Shown piece after piece: positions 22,106-32,872 of a stretch of DNA of 64,000 bases. Numbering within the stretch: position 1 is the stretch's first letter; the number at the start of each line of letters is the position of its first letter. Origin of the DNA: Candidatus Poribacteria bacterium (GTDB lineage Bacteria > Poribacteria > WGA-4E > JAJDTR01); the NCBI GenBank assembly GCA_965222225.1, contig CBDCTK010000002.1:3488001-3552000 (forward strand), read 5' to 3'. The position numbers and the translations under genes were made by a program. Below the pieces are notes generated by a model. It saw nothing but the letters and a program-made list of their open reading frames with translations. It searched no databases and was not told where the DNA came from.

Positions 22106-22346
22106 CACAGGATTTCGATGACACCCCCGCATTAAGTTTTGCTAGAACCGGGCATGTGCGCAACTGTCGCCAAATTGATTTGGGGTTGTAGCCTGCGGAC
22201 GTAATGGGGTGCGGGTGTAGGTCAGCGCGAAGATAGGACGCCGAAGTTAATTCTCCACGACAGAGGTCTTTTGCCGCCGCTGACCACAAGCATCTTAAAC
22301 CCAGCCGAATCAGATTTCCAGTGGTGGAGATGGCTGAATAGCCTTA

Positions 22347-22540
22347 GAGCCTGTTTGAATAATCGGTGGCAAAGCAAGTTTTGGTCATTTGTAAAAAGTT
22401 TCTCATGTTTTCATTGTTGGCTGCTACATACCTGTAGGATGTCTATCGCAGTCGCTATTCGCTCCCTTGATCCCACTCTGGGGCTTTTAGAGGCGGGTGC
22501 GCAGTGCGCACCCTACAAACTGTACTTTTCAAACAGGTTC
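22347..22540. mobile_element. 194-bp non-autonomous element (MITE), IS5/IS1031-like ends
   Basis: TIR GAGCCTGTTTGAA / TTCAAACAGGTTC (12 of 13 match), flanked by TTA on both sides; internal palindrome GGGTGCGCAGTGCGCACCC-TAC. Confidence 0.75.
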
Positions 22541-22708
22541 TTAGTGAAGCATGGTTTTTGGATAACTTACTTCAAATTCAGCCCCTATCAACGATAGTTA
22601 GTCGAATCTGAAATGTCTGCTCGGTTGGCATGAAAGGTGCTAAACCTACATTCAATGTGCGGTTTCGCATACGTGGTTTACGCTCAACTATTCTTTGCCG
22701 GTGGAGAG

Positions 22709-25054
22709 ATGAGAATGAAAAAACTATTTGGTCCCCTTCTATACCTGTTAATGGTTGTTTCTTCATGGGAACTTTGCACAAACGGCTATGCTAACTTCCC
22801 ATCCGAGATTTTGCTCCCGCACGGAAGTAATGCACTTGAAATCGCCTTTAGCACTGACGGCAAATGGCTTGCGGCTGATGGCAACGATTACAAGATTTAC
22901 ATATGGGATGTGCATACCAAATCGCAAATCCATACGCTCGCCGGACACATAGGAAAAATCACAGGTCTTGTATTCAAACATAACGGAGACCTAATTTCAG
23001 CATCAGAAGATGGAACCGTGCGATTGTGGGATGTCTCGGAGGAACGAGAAATTCGACGGCTTCAAGATGGGTTTGGTCGGGTCACATCGATTGCACTTAG
23101 CACTGACGAACAGCATGTGGTTTTTGGAGCTACTGATGGAACCCTACGGTTATGGGAGGTTGGTACAGGGATACTGCGAAAAGCATTTAGAGGCCATGAA
23201 GATGTTGTTTTGTCCGTTAATTTCAGTAGGGATGGGCAGCAGATTGCCTCTGGATCAGAAGACAACACGGTGCGCCTCTGGGACGTGTCAACGGGTATGC
23301 TGGTCGAGACATTCGTTGGACACGAAAAGCGTGTCTGGTCAGTCGCGATTCATCCCGATGGGGAACAAATCGCCTCAGGGTCATGGGATGGAACTGTACG
23401 CCTATGGAAGGACACATCGGCAATGGAGGCGGTCAACGAAAAAGACGCTTCGAACTTGCCTCTTGCCACATATAATCGGCCAGTGCTCTCCGTAGCATAT
23501 AGCCCGGATGGTCGTCTATTGGCGATTGGGTTGCACAATTCTGAAAATGACAACAGCGTTAAACTGTGGGATGTCGCAACACAACAGGAACTGAGATCGT
23601 TCGATACCAAGTCGAAGCATGACGTGGAATTTAGTCCGGATGGGAGGCAATTTGCAACAACGGACGGAGATAATACGGTAATCCACGTATGGCGTGCAGA
23701 TCCGACGAATCCTGTCCCGCTCTCACCTCAAGAGGGCACACTTATTGATTCTTCAAGCGCGAATCTCCAATGGCAAGCGACTGAAGATACTCTCTATTAC
23801 ACCATCGAAGTTGCGATTGATCCGGATTTCATTGCGGTTATACAATCCACACACGTCTCGGCGAACGAGCTAGCCTTCACCTTTGAGATTAAACGTCCTC
23901 AATACTGGTGGCGTGTGCGTGCAGGGGGATTCGGAAGGGTCAGCGACTGGTCGGCGCCCTTCTCATTTCTTACACGGTTTGAACCACCACGAACCTGCTC
24001 CGTTCAGATGATTCCACGGTACGAGCGGATAGGTTTAGAGGAGGAGTTCGCACTACAAATTCACGCCGATGCTGTTCCAGACCTTGCCGGTTTTCAGTTC
24101 GACCTCCGATGGACGAACCCTGATCTTCTCACATTTGTAACAGTAACCGAATTCAGAAACATTTTTGGCACATCCGGCCTAGGTAAACCGGGAGAAATTC
24201 GCCAAGAGGATGGATTATATAAAGGCGTTGTCGCAACCAAGATCGGAGAAGCAAACATTGATAGTAGCGGAATTCTTTTGGAAGTCCTGTTTCGATCGAA
24301 AACTATTGGTACAAGCAAAATTCAACTGGATAACTTTAAACTTGCCAATTCTGCTCAGGAACCGATTGATTGTCCTGTCGCAGCGGCTACCATTATCGTC
24401 GAGGACCCCCTGCGATTATGGGATGTCAACCGCGATGGTGTCGTTGACGTGTTCGACCTCGTTACAGTTGCAAACTTCAGTGGACAAAAGGTGCCCTTAG
24501 GGCTAGAGATTAATCCTGATGTCAATCGAGATGGTGTTGTTGACATCCTTGATATTACGCTCGTCGGTGCACACTTTGGAGAAATCTATGAGAACGAGGC
24601 ACAAGCGCCATCTGCTATTTCATCCTCGGAAATCAATTTTGAACTCATGCAACCTGTGCTACGTCGAATCTACGCAGAACTAATGCTCTCGTTAGATTCA
24701 TCAGCTCCATTGCTCCGAGCCCTTCGGGCTCTAGAACAGCTCATATCCACATCTCTTCCAGAACGAAATCTGCTGCTACAAAACTATCCTAATCCGTTCA
24801 ATCCTGAAACTTGGATGCCCTTTCTGATAACTTTTACTTCTGATGTAACGATGGACATTCATGACGTTCACGGCTGTCTCGTGCGCCATATCCCGTTGGG
24901 AATTCTCCGACCTGGTCGCTATATATCTCGTGCCGAAGCCGCATATTGGAACGGGAAAAACGGTTTTGGTGAGCCAGTTGCGACCGGAACGTATTTCTAT
25001 ACTATCTCGACTGGGACCTTCCGCGCGACGAAGAAGATGATTGTGATCAAGTAG
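22709..25054 (+). CDS. Secreted WD40 + FN3-like + cohesin + dockerin + FlgD/T9SS-like C-terminal domain protein
   Basis: ~7 WD repeats (GH..V..V.FS.DG..IASGS.D.TVRLWD); cohesin (DLAGFQFDLRW); DVNRDGVVD x2; LLQNYPNPFNPETW..GTYFY. Confidence 0.9.
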   Translation: MRMKKLFGPLLYLLMVVSSWELCTNGYANFPSEILLPHGSNALEIAFSTDGKWLAADGNDYKIYIWDVHTKSQIHTLAGHIGKITGLVFKHNGDLISASEDGTVRLWDVSEEREIRRLQDGFGRVTSIALSTDEQHVVFGATDGTLRLWEVGTGILRKAFRGHEDVVLSVNFSRDGQQIASGSEDNTVRLWDVSTGMLVETFVGHEKRVWSVAIHPDGEQIASGSWDGTVRLWKDTSAMEAVNEKDASNLPLATYNRPVLSVAYSPDGRLLAIGLHNSENDNSVKLWDVATQQELRSFDTKSKHDVEFSPDGRQFATTDGDNTVIHVWRADPTNPVPLSPQEGTLIDSSSANLQWQATEDTLYYTIEVAIDPDFIAVIQSTHVSANELAFTFEIKRPQYWWRVRAGGFGRVSDWSAPFSFLTRFEPPRTCSVQMIPRYERIGLEEEFALQIHADAVPDLAGFQFDLRWTNPDLLTFVTVTEFRNIFGTSGLGKPGEIRQEDGLYKGVVATKIGEANIDSSGILLEVLFRSKTIGTSKIQLDNFKLANSAQEPIDCPVAAATIIVEDPLRLWDVNRDGVVDVFDLVTVANFSGQKVPLGLEINPDVNRDGVVDILDITLVGAHFGEIYENEAQAPSAISSSEINFELMQPVLRRIYAELMLSLDSSAPLLRALRALEQLISTSLPERNLLLQNYPNPFNPETWMPFLITFTSDVTMDIHDVHGCLVRHIPLGILRPGRYISRAEAAYWNGKNGFGEPVATGTYFYTISTGTFRATKKMIVIK

Positions 25055-25065
25055 AAAGGAAAGAA

Positions 25066-28000
25066 ATGGATTCAGTGTTGAAAAAGTTCAAGAATCCACT
25101 CATACGGTGTGCCTTCCGCCTTCTTACATTCCTACTTGTCTTCGCTGGTTACTTAGTACCCTTCATAAGTTCCGCTCAACAAAATTTCCAATGGCGTAAT
25201 TTTTCACGTATCGGCGATGGGCTTGGCAGCAATAATGTGCGATCGATTGCGGCTGATCACAGAGGCGGAATCTGGCTGGCGACTAGCGAGGGGCTAAGTT
25301 ACTTTAATGGGTTTTGGCACAATTTTGATGCCCCTAGCGGTGATGTTTCCCAAGTGTTTGAAGACCGCGACGGATTCATTTGGACAACAACAGACATCGG
25401 TATTCATCAAGGCATTTTCAACCGCAATCTTAATCAGATCGATTGGCAACACCATTATTCGATCGAAACTGGTTTAATTGACAATCGTGTTCTTACCGCA
25501 ATTCAGCGTGGTTCCGATGGAGCCACTGGAAACGAAGGTGAGATTTGGGTTGGTACACCTATTGGGGTAATTTGGTCTGATGGAGAGGCTTGGCATCCCG
25601 TGCTGAACGCTGTTGATGGAGGACGTCTCAATGCCGGTGTCCAAACCATCTATGAGGACAAAGCAGGCGGGCTTTGGTTTGGTTTGCTTCCGGGCGACAG
25701 CGATAAGCTAAGTCACTTTGACGGCGTTCAGTGGCGAGTTTTCAGCGGAGATGATGGACTACCTAAAGGGGATGTACACGCGATAGTCGCAGATGACACC
25801 GGTAACCTTTGGGTTGGAACAACTGAAGGTGTAGCGGTTTATGATGGTTCCAACTGGGAGATTTTTACGACCATCAATTCTCCTCTAATCGATAATGATG
25901 TGCAGGCGATGATGCGAGATCGCGAAGGGGTTATATGGATTGGGACAACATCAGGAATTAGCCTCTTTGATCGTGGAGAATGGAGTCAACTGACGAAGGC
26001 AAACGGGTTAGCAAGCAATAACGTCCAGGCAATCTTTGAATCCCAAAACGGCGACATCTGGGTTGGCACACGGGATAACGGTGTAAGTTTCTCTGATCGG
26101 TCTTGGGAACCAATTACGACATACGACGGATTGAATGACAACCAAGTAATAGCGATGTCTACAGATCAGAATAATCAGGTCTGGGTCGGCACGCCAACCG
26201 GGCTAAATCTCTACACACAAAATGGTGTGGAGACAATACCGCATTTGCAGGGACGCGAGATCCGAAAAATAACCGCGGACGTAGAAGTGGATGGGAAAAT
26301 ATGGGTTGGCACCAATCAGGGGCTTGCGATGTTTGACGGCAATGTCTGGGAGTTTCTGCGAATTGAGGCGGAAACCAACGAAATTCAAGCGATTGCGGTC
26401 GATTTGGCTGGAGACGTTTGGGGCAGCACAGGTATTTTGCTTGAGGGCGAACCCGGGTTCCTCTCTAGCCTTAATCGGTACGACGGCGTTCAGTGGCATT
26501 CGGAGCAGGAAATCTTTCAACAGATCGATCGAACCATTGTCGCTATGTTCGTAGATTCACGTGAGCGGATTTATTTTGGTACGCTCAGTAATGGAGGTTC
26601 TGACAGTGGATTATGGGTTTTGGATGTGGAAGTGTTGAAGCGTGTTGACCTTTCTGGGCATGGCGACATTCGCGCTATCATAGAAACTGCAGATGGAACA
26701 ATCTGGATTGGGACCGAGATAGGAATCCGTGTGCTTGATGGGGACACCCTGCATTCTACCGCATGGCTGACAACAAATCAAGGACTAGTGGATAACGACG
26801 TTCAGGTACTCTATCGCGATCGGAGCAATCGCATCTGGATTGGCACGGTGGATGGTGTCAGTTTGTTTCAGGATGGACAATTTACGCGCGAACTGACGGC
26901 ATCTGACGGGCTAAACAGTAACAACATCTCCGCGATTACCCAAGTGGGTGAGACGTTCTGGTTCGGAAGTCCAGACGATGGGATTAGTGTTTTTAATCCG
27001 GAAATGATTCCACCTGACACTCGAATTACAAGTGGACCAACACAGGGCGAAACTATCGGAGACACAAGCGTTATTTTCAAGTTTGAGGGTGGCGATGCAA
27101 GTACTCCGACTGCAGAGCTCCGTTACATTTATCAGATTGATGACAAGGATCCTGTCATGACCGATGATGATGGACACGATAAACGTGTACCCCTGCCAAA
27201 TCTTGACGAGGGCATCCATCATTTCACGGTACGTGCCATTGACAGAGAGGAAAATTATGATCCGGTTGGGGCAATGGCAGAATTTGCCGTAGACTCAATC
27301 CCACCGCGAGTGAACATATCATCCCCCAAGCCAAGCAAGGTAATTCGGGCAACTTACTTGGTTGAAGGCACAGCAACGGATGAAACCGACTTTCTAAACT
27401 ACCAAATCCAGATTTTTGTTGGTGACAGTCTTACCGGCAAACCTGTCCTGGCAACGCCCTTTTTTTCGGCAGATTCAGTCGAAAGCAGTACGCTCTATAG
27501 CTGGGACACCCACACACTATCTGACGGTACATACACAATATGGTTGTCGGCACGGGATACCATTAATGGTAGTTTTGACCAACAACATTATAGCGAGGCA
27601 AGGGTTTCGGTTGAAGTTGACAATACACCTCCAACTATAAACATTCGAAGCCCGCTCCCTACATCTACGATTTCCGGGAGCGCGACAGTGTCAATTGAAC
27701 TTGACGATGCTCACTTAAAACAATATACACTCGAATATGCCCTTCAAGAGGGTACCAATGATGCAGATTGGATTCCGATTCGTGAGGATCAGAATAACGA
27801 ATCGGTGGTTTTTGTAATTTGGGATACTTCGTCCTTAGATGGAAAGATTTATGTTAGGGCAAGCGCTCAAGATCTTGCTGGCAATACTGGCAGATCAGAA
27901 ATTGTTTCTTATCTGCTTGATAATGAGGCTGCGAGACCAATCGTTTCCCTAATCAAACCGGAGGAGGGAGGAACCCCCGTCGCACAGGGACTCAATATCA

Positions 28001-30450
28001 TAGGGACTGTAAATGTTGGAATTGCCGCCGACGCGGTAATTGAGGAGGTTCTTCTTGAGTATCGCAAACTCTCTGAAAATGATACGGAATGGACTGAGAT
28101 TCGTAGCCTTGCAGCGCGTGGACGGCATTTCAACGAAGAAAAAATCGCACAATGGAATACGGTGGAAGTACCGGATGGCGAGTATCAGCTAAGGCTTACC
28201 GCTGTTGATAATCACGGCTACAAATCTGAAACGATGCGCAAATTAATTCTGGACAATACTCACCCCAAGGCATCCATTACATCGCCTCAAGATGGGACAG
28301 TCCTGCCGGCTGGAAATATTGATGTGGTGGGCGTTGCCACGGATAAACATTTCCTTCAATATGAATTGCAAGTCTTGCACGATGAAAACAATGAGGTCAT
28401 CCGCGCCACAAGTACGTCCGTCGAGAATGGATTACTAGGGCAATGGAATGCGGCAAGCCTCGAAGGCGAGTGCACACTCCGACTTACTGTGCGAGACAGA
28501 GCCGGACTCGTGACATCTGCAGAAGTGAACGTCATTCTTGATGCAAGTGAAGTCACCGCCCGAATTAACTCACCAAAGGCGGACGAATTTGTGGAAGAGA
28601 TTGTGCAAATTACCGGTACTGTACAGGACGAAAACTTCAGCCATTTTGAACTCTTGTTCCGACCATCAGATGCGCAGAGCCGGTCTCCTAAGGGAGAAAT
28701 CTCCGTTGTTGATTCCGGTCAGCCGAAGAGTGACGAACCGTTAGCAGATTGGGAAACGCCAAGGCTCGACGAAGCCTACGAACTCCATGTTCTTGCATTC
28801 GATCTCTCTGGCAAGCAATCCGAGCATTCAGTGCCAGTATTTATTGACAATCTCGAGCCAAAGGCAGAGATTATCAGTCCCAATGATGGGAAACCGCTGT
28901 CGGGTACAGTCGAGATTATCGGGACGGCGAACGATGCACATTTTCAGGACTACCAACTGGAAGTTCGTCCCGCAAGTCATGCTAATGACTGGACGCCTAT
29001 CTTGGCGTTTCCGTCAACACAACCGAAGCGAGCTGAGGTTCTCGCATCCTGGGTCACTCCGCCAACCGAGGAGGATTACGATATTCGCCTCACTGTTACA
29101 GATCAGTCGGGAAAATCAAGCACATCTTCTGTGCGCGTGACAGTCGATAACCTATTGCCACGCGTTAAAATCAATTCTCCTGCCAATAACGAGCTCGTGT
29201 CGGGAACAACTGAGATTCGCGGAGTCGCTACAGATACAAACTTGGTTATTCATCGGTTCGATGTGCGAGCCATGGGAGGCGGCGATTGGCAAAAGATCAG
29301 TCAATCCGATGCCTCAGGAGAGGTAACTGCCCAATGGACACCGCCGGAAGTGGAAGGTGAATACACCATCCGCTTGATGGCTGAAGATGAGTCGGGAAAT
29401 CCAGCAACGGAGGCGCACGTCACAGTAGTTGTCGATCGGGTTCCACCTCAAGCGGAAATCCTTTCTCCCATAGAAAACCAACAATTGCCCCAACAAGTCG
29501 AGATTCGTGGGACAGCACACGATCGAAATTTCGGAGAATACGTTATTGAGTACAGTAGCGAAGAATCTCCCGACATCTGGCTGCCCATTTCGAAACCATC
29601 AGCGTTTTTGAATCCCGTCACGCGCAGCACACTGGCAATATGGACCGCCTCTGAATTGGCGGGACTGTTCAGATTGCGACTTCGTGTGGAAGATCGAGCA
29701 GGCCACCGCGCACAGGACGAAGTCCAAGTGTATCTCAGTTCAACTTTAGGACGAACAAGCGGCGGAGTAGTACAAAGTCAGGATGGGCGTGCGCAGATCA
29801 CCTTCCCGTCTAATAGTTTGCCAGATCGCACAGTTGTAACAATTAATCCGGTTTCCGACACCCGGTCAGAAAGGCTAGACGGAATAGATGAAGGGCGAGG
29901 AACTCCCATATTGAGTTTAGATTACGAATTTGCACCGACAGATTTACGTTTACACGATCTGAAGCCTGCTACAATTGAATTTGCGATTGATATGCTCCCC
30001 GACTCTTTCGAATTGACAATCGTCCGGATGAACGGTGGTAGATGGGAGCAAATCGGTGGAACGATTGATAGGCAAGGCGGCAGAATCTCAACAGCCATCT
30101 TGAATCTTGGACGCTTTGCAGTTGCCACGTCGTCACGAGAAGATTCCGTAGGAGTGATTATCAGCAATTTGACATGCCAGCCTCGTCTCTTTTCTCCAAA
30201 TCGCGGCGAGTCGACGGACATCTCTTTTCGACTCTCCCGTAGTACCGATGTCACCATCAAAATCTACAATGAAGCGGGGCGATTACGTCGAGTATTGAAG
30301 AATTCGGAACATCTATTTGCAGGGACCAATGTCCTCAGGTGGGATGGGCGAGCCGATGATGGTCAGCTCGTTGAAAGCAATTTCTATATCGTCACAGTTG
30401 AAGGTGAAGGTAAACTGGGAACGAAAACGGTTGTCGTGAAAAACCACTAG
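25066..30450 (+). CDS. Giant secreted protein: regulator-propeller repeats, ~9 Ig-like repeats, ZU5-like domain, FlgD-like C-terminal domain
   Basis: GL.sN.V.AI..D..G.IWvGT repeats; P.a.I.SP..G.V.I.GTA.D..F..Y repeats; FSPNRG..KIYNEAGR..WDGRADDG. Confidence 0.88.
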   Translation: MDSVLKKFKNPLIRCAFRLLTFLLVFAGYLVPFISSAQQNFQWRNFSRIGDGLGSNNVRSIAADHRGGIWLATSEGLSYFNGFWHNFDAPSGDVSQVFEDRDGFIWTTTDIGIHQGIFNRNLNQIDWQHHYSIETGLIDNRVLTAIQRGSDGATGNEGEIWVGTPIGVIWSDGEAWHPVLNAVDGGRLNAGVQTIYEDKAGGLWFGLLPGDSDKLSHFDGVQWRVFSGDDGLPKGDVHAIVADDTGNLWVGTTEGVAVYDGSNWEIFTTINSPLIDNDVQAMMRDREGVIWIGTTSGISLFDRGEWSQLTKANGLASNNVQAIFESQNGDIWVGTRDNGVSFSDRSWEPITTYDGLNDNQVIAMSTDQNNQVWVGTPTGLNLYTQNGVETIPHLQGREIRKITADVEVDGKIWVGTNQGLAMFDGNVWEFLRIEAETNEIQAIAVDLAGDVWGSTGILLEGEPGFLSSLNRYDGVQWHSEQEIFQQIDRTIVAMFVDSRERIYFGTLSNGGSDSGLWVLDVEVLKRVDLSGHGDIRAIIETADGTIWIGTEIGIRVLDGDTLHSTAWLTTNQGLVDNDVQVLYRDRSNRIWIGTVDGVSLFQDGQFTRELTASDGLNSNNISAITQVGETFWFGSPDDGISVFNPEMIPPDTRITSGPTQGETIGDTSVIFKFEGGDASTPTAELRYIYQIDDKDPVMTDDDGHDKRVPLPNLDEGIHHFTVRAIDREENYDPVGAMAEFAVDSIPPRVNISSPKPSKVIRATYLVEGTATDETDFLNYQIQIFVGDSLTGKPVLATPFFSADSVESSTLYSWDTHTLSDGTYTIWLSARDTINGSFDQQHYSEARVSVEVDNTPPTINIRSPLPTSTISGSATVSIELDDAHLKQYTLEYALQEGTNDADWIPIREDQNNESVVFVIWDTSSLDGKIYVRASAQDLAGNTGRSEIVSYLLDNEAARPIVSLIKPEEGGTPVAQGLNIIGTVNVGIAADAVIEEVLLEYRKLSENDTEWTEIRSLAARGRHFNEEKIAQWNTVEVPDGEYQLRLTAVDNHGYKSETMRKLILDNTHPKASITSPQDGTVLPAGNIDVVGVATDKHFLQYELQVLHDENNEVIRATSTSVENGLLGQWNAASLEGECTLRLTVRDRAGLVTSAEVNVILDASEVTARINSPKADEFVEEIVQITGTVQDENFSHFELLFRPSDAQSRSPKGEISVVDSGQPKSDEPLADWETPRLDEAYELHVLAFDLSGKQSEHSVPVFIDNLEPKAEIISPNDGKPLSGTVEIIGTANDAHFQDYQLEVRPASHANDWTPILAFPSTQPKRAEVLASWVTPPTEEDYDIRLTVTDQSGKSSTSSVRVTVDNLLPRVKINSPANNELVSGTTEIRGVATDTNLVIHRFDVRAMGGGDWQKISQSDASGEVTAQWTPPEVEGEYTIRLMAEDESGNPATEAHVTVVVDRVPPQAEILSPIENQQLPQQVEIRGTAHDRNFGEYVIEYSSEESPDIWLPISKPSAFLNPVTRSTLAIWTASELAGLFRLRLRVEDRAGHRAQDEVQVYLSSTLGRTSGGVVQSQDGRAQITFPSNSLPDRTVVTINPVSDTRSERLDGIDEGRGTPILSLDYEFAPTDLRLHDLKPATIEFAIDMLPDSFELTIVRMNGGRWEQIGGTIDRQGGRISTAILNLGRFAVATSSREDSVGVIISNLTCQPRLFSPNRGESTDISFRLSRSTDVTIKIYNEAGRLRRVLKNSEHLFAGTNVLRWDGRADDGQLVESNFYIVTVEGEGKLGTKTVVVKNH

Positions 30451-30718
30451 CTTTATACAGGCCTTGTTCGACATATCAATCAAGAATTTCGACACATTTA
30501 GTCTGCAAGGAATTACACTCTCGTTGGCACGGCCCACAAATCGAATCAATGAAATAGTCCACACCGCCAGATTTGAACCCCGCCGTAATTTTCCGCCGTG
30601 CCCAGCAACATAGGCAAGTTTTCAAGAGACTTGCCCCTCGGAATGGTAGATGCCTACTACTCGCAGGATACGCTTAGGCTGAAAAAAGGGATTGATGAAT
30701 TCTAGTTTTTGAAACCCC

Positions 30719-30748
30719 TTGACAACACCGCAAGCACTCAAACATAAT
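30719..30748 (+). promoter_or_regulatory. Putative sigma70 promoter, probably giving a leaderless transcript
   Basis: TTGACA-N18-CATAAT ending 7 nt before ATG 30756; no clear RBS. Confidence 0.5.
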
Positions 30749-30755
30749 AGGCGAA

Positions 30756-32840
30756 ATGCGATTCTGTCTTTCAATTCCCCTCCTTCTACTAACCGTTACG
30801 ACTTATGCTGTCGAAGAGTACACATTGCCCGGAACCCGTCCAATTGGAATGGGCGGAGCTTACACGGCAAGTGCTGACGATGGTAATATCGTCCGTCGAA
30901 ATCCCGCCGGACTCCCGCGCTTGGGGATTTATACCTTTGAACTTGAACGCACACGTTTATTTGGCCAATTGGAGACGAATTATCTTAGTGCAGTAATTCC
31001 GATTTCCGAAAAATCCGCGCTTGGCACCGACTGGATTAACGTTGGAATTAATGACGATGAACTAAAGGCCGGACGGAGTCGCTTTAACTTTTCTTACGGT
31101 TACCTTCCATCAACATACCTCTCGGTTGGAGTAAATCTCAAATATGTCACTCAATCTGTTTCGCTAGATAAAGAATCGCGAGGTGCGGCAGACGGCTGGG
31201 GCACTGATTTCGGTGTCATAGTTCACCCTACTCGCCGCTGGTCGGTCGGAATTTTTGCCCAAGATGTAATTAGTTTTGGATCGGTTGAAGGGCTCGCGCG
31301 TGGCATGTGGGTTCGTCACGATACGACGGGTTTCAGCGAGGAGATTTCCAACACAGTCTACAAGTTTGGTGTGGCGTATCGTCCAACCTCACGATGGTTA
31401 CTCGCGGCAGATCTGACCGATAGGTTCCACCTCGGAACAGAATTTCTCCCGAATATCAATTTTGCGATACGCGCCGGACTTCAGAAAGATTTAGACATCC
31501 GTGAAGCCCCGACTTATTCTCTGGGAGGCAGTGTGAAATTCAGGTGGCTGAATTTCAACACGGCATATCTGATACCTCCAACATTACCAGCGACGATCTA
31601 TGTCGGGCTATCATTCAATTTCGATTATCGAAAACTGCCAGTGCGCATTGAACACATACGCATGCAGGATCTCTACCCGGTTCATTATCATTACTACGCT
31701 TCCCCCAACCGCGAATCTCAAACTATTACGTACCCTGAACCCAGCGCACCGCCGGTACTTACCGACGCGGACCGAGAACGGTACTACCCGTTGACATCTT
31801 CGGATACTATTGGTAGAATTTGGCTCAAGAATGAAAGCGACAAGCCCAGAACCGTGCATATTAAGCTCTTCATGGACAGTTTTGTTAGCAGAGATGGCAC
31901 GGAAGTTGCTTTAGGTGATATTGAGTTGGCTCCGCGCAAACGTATTTCGGTCCCCATTCGCCAACTTGTTCTAACTTCAAGCGCCGTGGAATTGTCGCAA
32001 GCTCTGCCCGTTCAGGTAGAGATAAAGGTTATTGAAAGCGGTGGAGCCGCGTATCAAACCGCAACGACGACTGTCAAGTTGCATGGGAATCATACCACAC
32101 TTCTAGATGATGTCGCGAAGCTCGGCTCTTTTGTTATATCTGAAGATCCAACAGTGGAGGCCTTCACTGAGGCGGTTTTCGCCGAGTTCGCGCAGGGGAT
32201 TGATGATATCAAGCAAACTGGTACACCAGCCGGGTTGTATAGGGCGATGCTCTTGTTTAACGCCTTGCATGGAATCTCGTACAAAACTGATCCGAACATA
32301 CCGTTTGCCAGCGGCACAAATGATGACATCAAGTATCCTCACGAAATGCTGACGCGTCTAACGGAGCAAATTTCGGGTGACGGCAAATCGAGTGCTTTTG
32401 GGGACTGCGATGACAGTACGGCGTTGTATTGCTCATTGCTGGAGTCGGTAGGCATAAAAACCGCCCTAATCCAGCTCCCCAGCCATGTTATGATGGCATT
32501 TAAGTTGGGGCAAATTTCCATCGATCAGGCACAACAGGTGAACTTACCGTATTACGCCCCAATCAATGGGCAAGTCTGGATTCCCGTTGAGACGACTCTC
32601 ATTAAAGACGGCTTCGTTGCCGCATGGAAGGCAGGGTATGAGGAAATTCAAGGAACAGGAGTTGGCAATTCAACCACAACGGTTGAAGAAGCCTGGGAAA
32701 AATACGGAATTAGCCCGATTCGCGGTTCCAAACAGTTCTTCTCTGTCCCCAAAGACCTGACGTTGGAAAAGATTCAGGCGGATTTAGCTAGCCCTTGGTT
32801 ACAGGAATTCTTGAAGGCGTATCTTAATTTTGATAAGTGA
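30756..32840 (+). CDS. PorV/PorQ-like outer-membrane barrel fused to a transglutaminase-like domain
   Basis: GTRPIGMGGAYTA.ADD....RNPAGL (FadL/PorV N-terminus), amphipathic strands; C-terminal GDCDD..HV..WIPVET. Confidence 0.8.
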   Translation: MRFCLSIPLLLLTVTTYAVEEYTLPGTRPIGMGGAYTASADDGNIVRRNPAGLPRLGIYTFELERTRLFGQLETNYLSAVIPISEKSALGTDWINVGINDDELKAGRSRFNFSYGYLPSTYLSVGVNLKYVTQSVSLDKESRGAADGWGTDFGVIVHPTRRWSVGIFAQDVISFGSVEGLARGMWVRHDTTGFSEEISNTVYKFGVAYRPTSRWLLAADLTDRFHLGTEFLPNINFAIRAGLQKDLDIREAPTYSLGGSVKFRWLNFNTAYLIPPTLPATIYVGLSFNFDYRKLPVRIEHIRMQDLYPVHYHYYASPNRESQTITYPEPSAPPVLTDADRERYYPLTSSDTIGRIWLKNESDKPRTVHIKLFMDSFVSRDGTEVALGDIELAPRKRISVPIRQLVLTSSAVELSQALPVQVEIKVIESGGAAYQTATTTVKLHGNHTTLLDDVAKLGSFVISEDPTVEAFTEAVFAEFAQGIDDIKQTGTPAGLYRAMLLFNALHGISYKTDPNIPFASGTNDDIKYPHEMLTRLTEQISGDGKSSAFGDCDDSTALYCSLLESVGIKTALIQLPSHVMMAFKLGQISIDQAQQVNLPYYAPINGQVWIPVETTLIKDGFVAAWKAGYEEIQGTGVGNSTTTVEEAWEKYGISPIRGSKQFFSVPKDLTLEKIQADLASPWLQEFLKAYLNFDK

Positions 32841-32872
32841 TGACAATCACGACCAATTAGGAGATAATCACA

